63,865 nt of DNA from Nemertoderma westbladi. Taxonomy: Eukaryota > Animalia > Xenacoelomorpha. Under the pieces are notes generated by a model. It saw only the letters and a program-made list of their open reading frames with translations. It was not told where the DNA came from and ran no database searches. The stretch is from assembly GCA_032718475.1 (NCBI GenBank), contig JAUCBJ010007793.1:1-63865 (forward strand). Direction: 5' to 3'. This document shows, piece by piece, positions 22,781 through 35,850 of this stretch; the first letter of the stretch is position 1; each line of letters starts with the position of its first letter. A program made the translations under genes and the position numbers.

Positions 22781-24557
22781 GTGATACTGTAACTGGTATC
22801 ATACCTAATTGTTTTATGTATAAAAGTCTGAAGTGTAATTTGAAACTGAAAGGTTATTTGGTTGTGTATTCGATATAATACTTTTACTGCCTATAAAAGC
22901 AACGTGAAATAACAGAAACAATAATTTCAAAAACATTAAGAAAATAATATAAATTTTAACAAACAACAATAATATCAATAACAACAGCAATAGCAATACA
23001 TATACAAAATGAGTACAAGGTCACCCGCCGTCCAAAACTCCGCAGGGGTCTACCCCCTGGAGTTCGCCTCTGCATTCGCAAGTTGGATCGAGGACTCCCC
23101 ATGCTCGTGGATAGGCCGCCTCCGAGTAGAACGGGACCCGCGCAGACACATCAGGACTGCCCGGAGACGAGAGAAACTACGCAGCTCAACTCAACACACT
23201 GGGAGTAGGCAAGCTCCCGTTTGGAGGATAACACTAGCAGGATTGCGAGACGCTTAAAAAACTGCGACAGCCGTGTAATTGTGTGTATAAATGTACATGG
23301 AAGATACAAAACAAACCTAGTTTACTACCCTATGTAATTGTACTACAGTAGACCGGCATTATCCATTCCCTTTGTTTTACATTCACAACCGCTGGCCGGC
23401 CCTCCAAATTAATAGTTCATATGAGAGAAAATATAGACTACAAGCACTACAAGGGGAATATGCTGCATACCTACAAGGTAAATACTTTGGTTTGGTAGTA
23501 GTGTAGTATCTGTAACTTTTGAACAGATAGGAGATTTACCATCGGGTTTTTTTTATTGGGTAACTTATTTATTACTGATTGGGACAAAGTTGTGTTAAAT
23601 ATTTTCTAGTGTAGCCCAAAGCAGCAGTAGCATGTTTTCTTGCCTGATGAACAACTTGGGCCAAAGTTGGAATTTGTTAATGCAACTTTGCCCACCCTGG
23701 TTTTTAAAAAAAATACAACCTATCACTGGCTATCTACCAGTGATACGCTGTAGGCTTGTTGCTGACCAACCAACTCATTGAATGGTGAAAAAAAATTGGT
23801 GGTAAATTCAAATGTGCTAAAGATATTTATCAATTTATGTCGAACGTGGGTCAAAGTTGGCAGGTTCTACGGTAATAAATAAGTTAAATAAAAAAATAAA
23901 TAAGTCAAAAATAAGTGTCGCAGCTTCAATTTTATAGGCTGGTTGTAACAACACACAGATACAACAATCTATCTTTTATAGGCTATGTTCCATTCCCAAC
24001 CCAACTAGGACCTAATGAAACAGGACCTAACGATTGAACGAGAACTAGCAGTCTGAACTAACGGACTTAAAGCCTACGTCTGTCAGTCTGTCGTTTCTTT
24101 TCGTTTTTATTATTAATTATGCAATTATTCCTACCAGACATTCAAACCAAACTATCACTGACCAAAGCTGCATAGGCCTAGGCTAATTCAATAGGCCTAC
24201 CAGTAGTTTATTAGGACTATAATCAGGAGATAATACTGTAATAATACAGTTCAGCAGTTAGGGACAACAGCAATATGTCTGTATGTACATGGACATAACA
24301 ATATAGTCAAAAATTACAATAATTTATAGTTGATGCAGCCAATTTTGGCTAGATTTACAGAAGAGCTCCAGCCAAGTTATATCTTAGACATTGTTCAATT
24401 TTCATAAAATTTGGCATGGAAACTTCTTTGGGGAGTGTAACAAAATAAAGATATTAAGAAACTGTAAACCTACCATATATTGGGGGAAAAATCACATTCA
24501 ACTGAATGGAGTCAAAAACAACCCCAGGTGGTGGAAATGGCACTTTTAGCACGTGTA

Positions 24558-26500
24558 CCGTAAAGTGGGGCTACTTTATACAGTGGTGTAACTTTGCACA
24601 GTGGTGTAAATTTGAACAGGTGGGGAAACTTTGAACATGGCAGAATTTGCATTTTCGATCCCATAAATTTTGTAAAAAAATGTACAGTAACTTGAATATG
24701 AATTATAATCTATAATGACAAGACATGAATCCAAGTAGGAACAGGTATCAATTACAGCTTCTAGGTCTTGTACTGGTACCGGTACTGTCTAATAGGCCTC
24801 CAGCGTCTAGAGGATAGGCCTACCTAACATCTGTTTAGGTCTAATGATTGTTTCGTTAACAGAAGGCCTATTGTATAATAACGGTAATAATAATATCAGA
24901 ATATGGTTAGACATCACAAGCGACAGCTGGGTTCAAGGAACTACAAGAACTACACTTCTGAAACTCTTAAAAATGCAATAGGTGCAGTGAGAAGAGGAGC
25001 TGGAATACGTGAGACTTCCCGGCAGTTTAAAATTCCTCTTGGGACACTATTCAATAAGGTGCGAGAGCGACACACTGAAGCAGTAGGTCACCCTACTCTG
25101 ATTTCAATTGATGATGAAAAATTTATAGTAGATGTCCTCATCGTTTTTTGTGATTGGAAGAAACCACTTGGGTTTATTGAAGTTCAGATTTTGGTTCAAA
25201 ACTTTCTGAATAAACGGGGGATAACAATTAGCGCCTTTAAGAACAACTATCCAGGAATTGAGTGGCTTAGGCAGTTAGGTCTTTTATGAATCGGCATAAC
25301 TTAACCCAAAGGCTAGCAGCCAACATCAAACTTGCACGGGCAACTATTACACGAGATGTGATAAGTGAATTTTATGATGAGTTAAAAGTGGAAATAGATG
25401 GCGTTCCACCAATGAACATTTGTAATTATGATGAAATGGGGTTCTCAAATGACCCTGGACCCTGGATCTAAACGGGTTGCCTGTAGACGAGGGACTAAGC
25501 GAATAGAGAGGGCAGTTGATCATTCAAAGCAATGCTTTTCAGTGATGTACAGTGGTTCTGCTAATGGATCAATGAATCCCATCATGGTGGTTTATAAGGC
25601 GAAGCATATCTATGAAGGATGGAAAACTGGAGGGCCCAATGGTGCTTGGTACAGCTCCACTGAGTCTGGCTGGTTTGATATGACACGCTTTGAGGAATGG
25701 TTCGAAAATGTCTACCTTAGTTCAATTGAAGGATTGGAGGGGAAGAAAATTCTCATTGGTGATAACTTAGGCAGCCACATGTCTGTTGATGTTGTCAAGA
25801 AATGTGAAGAGAAAAATATTCGATTTATACCTCTTCCAGCCAATGCAACACATATATTGCAGCCATTGGATGTTGTCTACTTCAAGCCAGCCAAGATGGC
25901 TTGGCGTAAATGCTTAACAACTTGGCGGAAAGAATCTCGAGTAAAGGGTGCCATTCCAAAGACTCATTTTCCTGCGCTTTTGAAGCGGCTTCATGAAAAC
26001 ATCAGTTCATCCAATAACATAGTGAAGGGGTTTGAGGTGACTGGGATTTTTCCTTTAAACCTGGAAAAAGGACTACACCATGTGCCAACAGCACCAATTA
26101 CTCATGATGCATCAACATCAGCTAGTTGTATATATTAATGAAGCTGTCATTCAAATGCTACGATATGAATTACATGGTACTCAACGTCATAGGTCGACAA
26201 GTAGAAATAGAGGAAGGTGAATCCAGCCGGGAAGGGGAATTACAGTTGAAGATCTACAACCCCAACCAACCACCTCAAACTCCTCTGGAACCCGACCTGT
26301 CACTTGCAACCTTACTACCCCAGATGGAGATGATTCTCAAGATCAAACGCAATTCTGCTCTTTATGCTCTGTTAACTGGGAGGAAATGGGTGATGAAGAT
26401 CACAACTGGGTTATGTGTGATTTATGTCTGAAGTGGTATTGTGGGGAGTGTGTTCCTCTGGAAGACTATGACAATGGGCCATATTTGTGCTGTCAATAGC
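24558..26500 (+). mobile_element. Second pogo (DD35D) element: left TIR plus frameshifted transposase (24903 to about 26499) with PHD finger; right end not found
   Basis: TA|CCGTAAAGTGGGGCTACTTT followed by repeated AACTTTG.ACA motifs; ORFs 24903..25289, 25286..25471 and 25428..26138 (GDNLGSH..QPLD); PHD-like WVMCDLCLKWYCGEC near 26405-26455. Confidence 0.85.
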
Positions 26501-26749
26501 TTCACTTAGGTAATTTCAAAACTCTGATTGGGTATTAAGTCTGATTAGGTTATTCTCTATTCAGTTCTTGATTCCCTTAGTTCATTATCCAGTTATCATT
26601 ATGCCTTTAATATTCTATATATATATAATATATATATATTGTGCTTTTCAGAGTAATATTTTGTGCTAAAATTTATATGCTGGTGTTTTATAATAATTCA
26701 TTAAGTGCAGTGCAATAGGCCGACTACCTCCTAACATGTAGACCATGCG

Positions 26750-27365
26750 CTGTACAGGAAACAAAGTAGTGACAAACAAAGCCATATACACGCTTACGAG
26801 CCGCATTGTCATACGATATTATATTATTAATTAATGCAAACTTATCATCAATAAAAATGCAATTGTTTGGAGAAGTCAGCTTGAAGAGCAAATCACCAAT
26901 GGTACACCTTGAGAATTGTGATAGGTTTGTACTTTGATTTAAACCTGATGGTAATGGCCCATTGGAATGAAGTTGTTTGTCCGAACAGCTAATCATCTCT
27001 GAAAAATTATTTGAACTCAAGTACAGGTTGCATGTTAGGTCGATCAATTTCAATTCTCGTAGACTCGTACATCCGATTCACTAGTTGCTGAATAACGCTT
27101 TTGCCAGAAGATACCTTATGCTTCAATAGTTGAAGATAATTTTCAAAGGCAAAACATGAAAAATAGTCAATGTTTCCGTGTAGACGAACATCAGAAGCCA
27201 AATGAACCAATGAATGTACATTATACGAAACGGTGCTACTACCATAAAGCTCAGCAAACTGAGCAACAAACATCTTTAACAGTTCTTCACAGTAATCAAT
27301 TATACATGCAGGTACAACAATATCTGAATTGTTCCTCCCAGAAAGAAGTGATAATGATACATGTA
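26750..27365 (-). pseudogene. EnSpm/CACTA transposase 3' fragment, an inverted near-identical copy of 32501..33118
   Basis: SYNVHSLVHLASDVRLHG..FSCFAFENYLQLLK; nucleotide match to the reverse complement of 32501-33118. Confidence 0.9.
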
Positions 27366-29500
27366 CTACTACTACTAGGTCGAGCGAACTCGGACAGTGG
27401 AAATGAGATCCTTCCAGGCTTCCCGATTCTCCATAGTTGTCGCAATTTCGTTTCTCCTAAGTTCAGTATCCCTTTCAAGTTGATCTATATATGTTATGGC
27501 TGGTCGTCCACGACTACGCTTTCCATGAGTTGGTTGCCAGAAAAGTAGATCTGGTATGACCTCGTCTTTACTTCGCCAGCAGTGCCCACTGAATCTTAAT
27601 CTGCGTTCACGGAGGGTGGTTGATACAGGTGGTATTGTACCATAAAGCTCGGCGTTTGTCATGTGTTGTCTCCAGCTGATGTTTAGGGCTGCCCTTAGTA
27701 GTCTTGTGTAGCAACCATCAATTCGTTGTTCAAGTGATTTAGTCAGTGTCCAGGTCTCACCCCCATATAAAAATACACTTTCCACTGTGGCTCGAAAGAA
27801 CTTAGTCTTTAGGTGCCTGGAGAGATCTGTTTTCCAGATGGTATCCATTTTTGATAGAGCTACCCAAGCCTTTACTTTCCTAACTTCTATGTCCTTTTTG
27901 CTACTCTCTATCCATGATCCAAGGTACTGGAAGTCATCGACCTTCCTTCGTTGATTATTATCAATGGTTGTCAAGTTTCCATCAACATTAAAGGTCATGA
28001 ATTCGGTCTTTGTAGCATTTATATGCAACCCAACCTCCTTAGCAGCCCTCTCCACTTTATTTAGTAGAAGCTTGCATCTGCTAGGGTATGAGAGAGCAGG
28101 GCGATGTCATCCGCAAAATCGGTGTCTGTGACTGTAGTTGCCGGATATCTACTACTTCTGAGTTCTTGAAGTGTGAATCCCAGGTCTTCACCCTTTGTGG
28201 CCGTCCTCATTGCGTAATCCAGCACAATTACAAATAGTAATGGTGCTAATGTGTCACCTTGCAGTACGCCAGCCAGGATTGAGAAAAACTCAGTTTCACC
28301 ATCTGGTGAGAGTACCTGCGCTTCTGTGTCACAATATAACAATCCAATGCCAGCAACAATTACTTCTGGTATTCCATAAGCTCTTAGGATTTCAAGCATT
28401 TTACCTCTATGGATGGAGTCGAATGCCTTCTTGAAGTCCACAAAAGTCATGACAGCAGGGAGATTCTTTGACTTAATTCCTTCAATCAGTCTCCGTAGTG
28501 CAAGTATCTGAGCTATTGTTGATCTACTTGGTCGAAATCCGTTTTGGCTCTTACGCAGTAGTTTCTCTATGTGAGGCCTAATCCTATATAGAATCATTTT
28601 ATTGTATATTTTGGCAGCTACCACAAGCAGACAGATCCCACGATAGTTTGTTGGTATGCCGAGGTCTCCTTTCTTGGGGAGAGGCTTTAGTTGACCTTTA
28701 GTCCAAATTGGTGGTGGCTTTTCCCCTTTTAACATCCGGTTGCAAACATTCAATAATGGTCTGTTTAGCACTCCGGTTTTCCATACCTCCGCTGGGATTT
28801 CATCTAATCCACTCGCTTTATTATTGGACATGCTTTTAATGCTTCTTTGGAGTTCGGCAGGTGTGAAGTCCCCTGTTTCTATAGGTAGTGTCTTGTCATA
28901 TATTTTCCTTGTAGGGCTGACCTCGATGTTTGGTGGCTGCCCAAGCAAGTTGCTGAAGTGATTTTTCCACTTCCCAACACGTTCTTCAGGACTATCGGCT
29001 TTGAGGCGCCCCTTTGCACAACTTTTCCGACCAGATACATCATTTACAGTTTGCCAGGTAAGTCTTGATTGTTGCTGTATGTGATCAGTTGTAATTGCTT
29101 CAGTTTTATCCTGTATGTACTTTTCCTGGCTGATGTTGTAGGCCAATGTAAGATCGTCCTTAGCTTTCTCAACCTTGTTAATGTTTTCGGTTGTTGGTTG
29201 TTCGGTTTTAACTTTGTAGGCTATCTTAAGATCTTCTCTCTTACAAGTAACCTCAGAGTTTTGCCATGGCACATATTGTTTTCGTTTAGGTTTCTGGGGG
29301 ATATGCCTCTTAGCTGATTCCTTGTGGGCTGTTATTATATTCTGGTATATTGAATTGGTGGATTGGTCTTCATCCATTGACTGAAGTGCTTCAAAGCGGT
29401 TTTGAACTTCTACTGTATAAGCATCCTTTACATCATAAGCATCCTGTAAAAGCTTTGTTGAGAACTTTACATTTGCCTTGTTTCTGAACGTAAACATCAC
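27364..29500 (-). mobile_element. RTE-clade LINE, 5'-truncated, RT frameshifted near 28070
   Basis: QNGFRPSRST, FVDFKKAFDSI, GVLQGDTLAP, TDFADDIAL, YLGSW, YGGETWTL, RLRFSGH; (TAG)n tail directly after the stop. Confidence 0.92.
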
Positions 29501-29853
29501 CCGACGTGGGGTTGATAGAAATATTCAAATTTCCTCGCGCAAAACGAAGAGCAGCATATATCCTACCTGGTATAATTGCTGGTCTGGATTGATGTTGGTT
29601 GTTGTTGGTTGTTTCTAAAATGTCTAGCAAATAGCGGGTATCTTGATGGGAAAAACAAATTGATTCGTTGTCCTCCTGAGATGCCACAATAAAATACTTG
29701 CTGTGAACTGCGGTACAAGTATATTTATTGTAAGTAAATTTCCAGCTATTTGTTGCTCCAGTTTTTTGTGTTAAGGCCATAATAATAATAAATACGAAAA
29801 ATATTACAAGTGATAAATTTTAAACCGTATCGCTGTAATAAATTGACACCATA

Positions 29854-30179
29854 GTTCTCACTCTAAAATTGTGATGGTCGGAAGATGACACCTGATAAAA
29901 ATGATAGTGACTCACTCATTGGAGTTGTAAAACCAATTAAAAAAAAAATTGGTAAAACAATAGAGAAGATACGAGATCGTTGTAATTTCCGTATTAATAA
30001 TAGCAATGAGAAATGTGATCTCGTATCTTCTCTATTGTTTACCAATTTTTTTTACTGGTTTTACAACTCCAATGTCGGAATCAGTATCATTTTATGTAGT
30101 GTTGTTTTCCGACCAACGAATATACGAGTAAGATAATGAAGAAATTATTAAGGAAATAACACAATTTCAGAGTGAGAAC
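29854..30179. repeat. Foldback palindrome (MITE-like)
   Basis: Inner arms of about 100 bp (29875-29978 and 30017-30115) plus outer arms GTTCTCACTCTAAAATTGTG / CACAATTTCAGAGTGAGAAC. Confidence 0.85.
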
Positions 30180-31219
30180 AAAAAAATTAGATATGGTATC
30201 AATATATTACCATGAAGATTACAAGTGATGAATTTTAATAAAAACATTCAGTTATATAAATAATTTCTGAATATGTGATGTGGCATAATCAACGTTGAAT
30301 AAGAAAAGATGGGATGTGGCATAATCAACGACGAATAAGAAAAGAGATGGGATGCAATGTGGATGAATGGTTGGTTGGTTGGTTGGTTGCGTGGATAGGA
30401 AATACGTGAACGAATATGAATCATAGGGTTGTGTGTAATAATAATCAATAATTATAATAAAAACGCGCAGTATAATGTTAGTAGTAGGCTTTCAATATGC
30501 CGCAGATGCTGATGGATAGGTTAGGTTGAGTAATAACTATGGAAATGTGAGAATGTGTACGTGACGCGTGGCGAAATTTCATGTATCATACTGGTTGGTT
30601 GGTTGGTTTGGTGACAGCAGCTGAGTTGCTCTAGCGGAGGGTAAATCGTTGAGTTGGCAATCGATATAATATAATAGCGAGGCGTGGTGTGGTATATGCG
30701 TGGTGCGCGTAGATGGCCACGTCCTCCGTGACTGGCTCTATCATCGTTGTCATCGTATACAGTATGTGGTAGCGTTGGGGAAAAGGGGAGTAACCGGAGG
30801 GCTAGGCAAGCAAGCATCGCCGTTGGTTGGTTGGTTGGTAGGTAGGTAACAAACAGCAGTGGATCGAGTAGCGATGGGTTGGGGACTAGCCATGCATCGT
30901 GAAGTTAGGTTATGCGAAGATGAATATGCAATGGTTGGTTGATGCAACGACGCGAATCAATACTGACGGGTGGTAACAGCTGTCGAGTAAGGCGGGCATC
31001 GCGAGGTTAGGCTACGCGTAGGTGAATATGCAACGATTGGTTGATGGCAACTACTGATGGTGACAGATGGCACCAATTAAACACCGCAATTTAGCACCGG
31101 AATTTGGCATTTTTAATAGTCCTCCGAGATATAGCCCATAGCCCAAGCTAGGGAGGAGTTCGTTGGGGTCACTTCTTCTTCTACTACTTGTATGGCGGAT
31201 AAGAATATAATTACTACCC

Positions 31220-33274
31220 ATGGTCAAGGTGGATTTAATGCCGATCGATCCTGAATCAGATTCCTCAATTGATGAAGAAATATCTGAAACTCGCCATTGT
31301 TTATTTGATTCGTTTGAAGGTGAAGAAGCAGATGATTCTGATTATGAAGAAGATAGGCATATATTGTCAAATGGTTCTAGCAGTTCTGGTTTACGTGGAA
31401 CTTCGAACTTTTCTTTGAACGTGGATCTTCGGTGTTGGGCATACAACTGCAATGTTAGTCGAACTGCTGTAACCAAGTTGTTGGGAGTATTAAATTCACA
31501 TTTCTCACAAGCCGAAACAAATCTTCCGTGACAGCCGCATGTCAATGCGCACACCTCGTACAATAATTTCACCGATATCTATTGGTAATAGTGGCAAATA
31601 TTTCCATTTCGGGCTTGAAAGTGCACTTAAGTCTCTTCTACGTCGTGTAGTTTCGGATTTAATATCTTCGATTGTATCACTTAACTTAGCTTTTAACATT
31701 GATGGGATCCCCTTATTTCACAGCAGCAGGCAGCAGGTTTGGCCCATATTGGTAAATATTCTTAATCTTTCTAATAAGGAGTGTGCTCCAGTTGGTGTCT
31801 TTTGTGGCAAATCGAAACCAGATGATCTAAGCGCATATTTAAAGGAATTTATTGAGGATTTCAATAAAATTGTTGAGTCCGGTCTAGATTACAACGGCCA
31901 CATTAATAATTTTAATAATAATAATTTTAAAATTCTTCCCTATGGATGCACCTGCTCGCTCTTATCTCAAACGCATTAAAGCGCATTCTGGTTTTTATGG
32001 TTGTGAAAGGTGCTCTGTCAGAGGCCAGAAAATAAACCATTCAACAGTCTTTTTGTGTAGCCACCCTTCTTTCATGTTCCTACGCTCAGATTTTTCATTT
32101 AGCATGATGCAGCAGCATGGTCATCACCATGACATTTCATATCTTTCAAATATATCACCTGCTCTAGGCTTCATTTCTCAAATTCCTTTAGACCCTATGC
32201 ATCTGTGTTATCTCGGAGTCGTTCGCAGACTTGTATTTCTTTGGGCAGGTTTCAAATTGAATGAAAGGGATGTCCATGGCAATCTTCGTGGAAAGGTAAG
32301 AAAAGATCATCATGATAAAATTTCGAAGTTTATCGAAAGATTTCATCATGCGATGCCATCAGAGTTCTCCCGACGGCCACGTCCTTTGGATGATGTTCGT
32401 GATTGGAAAGCGACTGAGTTTCGAACCTTTGTACTATATCTCGCTCCAATTGTAGCCAGGGATGTGTTACCAGAGGCACAATATCGACATATGCTTCTCT
32501 TACATGTATCATTATCACTTCTTTCTGGGAGGAACAACTCAGATATTGTTGTACCTGCATGTATAATTGATTACTGTGAAGAACTGTTAAAGATGTTTGT
32601 TGCTCAGTTTGCTGAGCTTTATGGTAGTAGCACCGTTTCGTATAATGTACATTCATTGGTTCAATTGGCTTCTGATGTTCGTCAACACGGAAACATTGAC
32701 TATTTTTCATGTTTTGCCTTTGAAAATTATCATCAACTATTGAAGCATAAGGTATCTTCTGGCAAAAGCGTTATTCAGCAACTAGTGAATCGGATGTACG
32801 AGTCAACGAGAATTGAAATTGATCGACGTAACATGCAACCTGTGCACTTGAGTTCAAACAATTTTTCAGAGATGATTAGCTGTTCGGACAAACACCTTCA
32901 TTCCAATGGGCCATTACCATCAGGTTTAAATCAAAGTACAAACCTATCACAATTCTCAAGGTGTACCATTGGTGATTTGCTCTTCAAGCTGACTTCTCCA
33001 AACAATTGCATTCTTATTGATGATAAGTTTGCATTAATTAATAATATAATATCGTATGACAATGCGGCTCGTAAGCGTGTATATGGCTTTGTTTGTCGCT
33101 ACTTTGTTTCCTGTACAGTGTACACCTGTTTACGAATATCCGTGTTCCTCCTTAAAACTGGGAATAGCATACGTTTGTAACCCAGCACACCACTTAAAGT
33201 TTGTGGAGCATACTTCTGCATCATCACTCCGGAAGTGTATTTTTCTCAAAGGATTTTGTATTGCAATGAAATAG
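31220..33274 (+). pseudogene. EnSpm/CACTA (CMC)-type transposase with stops and frameshifts
   Basis: NIDGIPLF..WPIL, DAPARSYLK..HSGFYGCERC, PLDPMHLCYLGVVRRL, WKATEFRTF, YNVHSL, FSCFAFEN. Confidence 0.88.
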
Positions 33275-33731
33275 TGAAAACCTCTGTACCTTATGTTATA
33301 TAGCCTGATAGCCTGAACTTGACTTAACTACTCTTATAATATCGGTACTGATTTATCTATTAACTTTTGATTCACATCATCTGCATCATAATGCCTTTCG
33401 CCGTGGTTAAGTTTCTCAGCGATAGTACTCTTCTCGAAGTTCCTGAAATATGGATTAAATCCAATGAAAGCAGCGATTTTCGTTGTTATCCTGTGAAAGG
33501 AATGAAAATTAGCAATAACGAATTCCACTACATGCGTAAAAACAATGTACCGGTCGCCACTGGAAATGGAGATTGGGATTGGCATCTGGTCCAAATTCTT
33601 GCTCGAACTGGTAAGTCTTTAATGAATTTTCAAATATGGCAATTCATGAATACAGTATGTAAATTCTAGCAAACATTAAAATTGTTTTTCAAGACTTTTT
33701 AATTGAATATAATATGTATATTGTATTTATA

Positions 33732-34082
33732 TAGTTTAAACGGGATCCCGAAAAACCGGGATCCCGGCGAAAAATGCAATCCCGATCCCAACTTTTTTTG
33801 AACGGGATCCCGAAGTATAAATTGTTTGTTGAATATCTAATAAATAGTTCCACCAGAACGGAAATGTTTTGTTTTGATTATATCGAATTCTCATGTCAGT
33901 AAACCAACCAGTAATTAATTGGAAAATAATTTTAATATTACTTTATCTTACTAATACCGCCACATATACTATTACCTTTGTGGAATTTAATACAAAATTG
34001 CAATTCCGATCCTAAAAAACGGGATCCCGAGAGTGATAATCCCGGCCTCGATCCCGAAAAGTTCGATCCCGTTTCAACACTA
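33732..34082. mobile_element. hAT-like MITE in intron 1 of the DUF4806-like gene
   Basis: TIRs TAGTTTAAACGGGATC and GATCCCGTTTCAACACTA; internal CGGGATCCCG repeats; imperfect 8-bp flanks GTATTTAT / GTATATAT. Confidence 0.65.
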
Positions 34083-34379
34083 GTATATATATAGTATATG
34101 TATAGCCTATAAAATATACATAAAATTGTTTTTGTATAGTATACATACATACCGGTATATATACCGAAAGGCAGACAACATAGACCTGCTATACTTTACT
34201 ATATACTGCACTTGCTCGGAAAGAATGAAAATTTAATAGCAAAAACTTTAAACAGTTGTAGGCCCCATATTTTCAGCACCCCTTGGTGAAATTTCGCAAC
34301 CCTTCATTATTGTTCTATAAAAGTTTTCCTCAATTATAAAATAATTAATGAAAAATAATATTTTTTATTTATTTTTTGA

Positions 34380-34428
34380 ATGTGTTTCGCCGGGATTTGG
34401 CTCATCAGCTAACCCGTGCAGGACACAT
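34380..34428 (-). ncRNA. Type III hammerhead ribozyme
   Basis: Minus strand: AUGUGU-C-CUG[CACGGGU]UAG-CUGAUGA-GCC[AAAUCCC]GGC-GAA-ACACAU. Full core, GUC cleavage triplet, three helices. Confidence 0.85.
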
Positions 34429-35344
34429 GTTAATCTAACTAACTACACCAAAAACCAGCAAAACACACACGCAAAAACAAAATAGTATTGCATTCCAGAT
34501 CAAATACAATTTTCAGAATATAGTAGCGATTTTTGAGTGACTGGGTGGTTTATATATATTTTATGAGAAAATATAATACTAATAATAATAGGCCTAACAT
34601 ACCGTACTACTACTACTCATAACACTCTACCTCTACTAATACTACTACTCAGCTTTGTGGATTTTTTTAGCTACGTTTGAAGAGGCTTCTATTGCCTGCC
34701 AAAAGGGCACGAAATACGACACTGATCATGTCATTGATTCTGATAATGGTGAAACCCCCCGTAAACGTCGAATTATTCCACGGTAAGTATGAATGTATGA
34801 TTTTAATAATCAAGTAGGTATCGTCCTAAATAAATGCAACAACCATTCACATTTACTGTTTATTTCGCCCATGTAAAGAATACCAGGATTTCACTTTTCG
34901 GTCGACTTTTTATTGGAATTTTATATATGAAGATTTTTTATTTTTTTTAATTTATATTTATTAAGTGTTTTATAGCGCTTATTTCTGTATTATAACCTGT
35001 ACATATACTAATTCGTTTATTGTTTTGGTTAGATTCAGCCCTTCTGTAACCTGTGGTTTGGGTGAAAACCTGGTATTCTTCACATGGGGGTAACTGCAAA
35101 GTGAAATATAACGGCAGAAAGTCCGGTATTCTTCACATGGGCCGTTTATTTTTCTAAAATTAACAAGATTATTATTAATAAAATTAAAAACACAATTCAA
35201 GAAATGTACACGTGTGATACACGTATAACACGTGTGATTTCTACGGAGCCCCTGAAGGGACATTTATGTAATAAAATTTAATAAATTAAACCAAAAATAT
35301 TTTAATTTACTTTTTTTGCTGCGAAAAAAGTAAATTCAATGCAA

Positions 35345-35850
35345 TTCAAGTCATGGGCTGTCCACCACGCTTATTCACTCCATGAGGCTGCCAAAGTACA
35401 AGATTATGCACTGGCTGGTCCTCACGGCGAAAGCAATGTCCTTCGAAGCGGAGGCGATTTTGTTCTAGTGTCAAGCTTGGGGGAAACCAATGAGACACCT
35501 CCAATGTTATATAGTGTCTGGTTGGAGATGTGTGCATTGTACTTGACACAATGAACCCGGCGTAGCATTCTTGTGAATGTGCCATCCAGAGATTTGGTGT
35601 CCTCAGCAGTTAGAGCCCAGCATGGACTCCCATAAAGGAGTACTGGAACTACTGCTGCTCTAAATAATCGGACCTTAAGTTTCCGATTAATTCTCGGTGA
35701 CTTCCAAATCTTGGAAAGCCTATTCAAGGCTGCCCATGCCTTTTTTCCCTTACGTATTCGAAGGACCTCACCTGACTTCCGGATCCATGATCCCAGGTAA
35801 CAGAAGTCATCCACATGCTCAAGCATACCATCCTTTGAGCTTATGCTCAT
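35345..35850 (-). mobile_element. Fragment of a second RTE-like LINE family (RT C-terminal region)
   Basis: DDFCYLGSW, KVRLFRAAVVPVLLYG, RLRFEGHCFR. Confidence 0.8.

Larger units (their letters stand above)
8541..23872 (+). mobile_element. pogo-superfamily (DD35D) DNA transposon, complete ends, with BEL1 inserted in its left subterminal region
   Basis: TIRs TA|CCTTAGACCCTGCCAACTTTGGCCCA and TGGGTCAAAGTTGGCAGGTTCTACGG|TA. Inner inverted motifs at 20924-20977 and 23656-23698. Confidence 0.85.
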
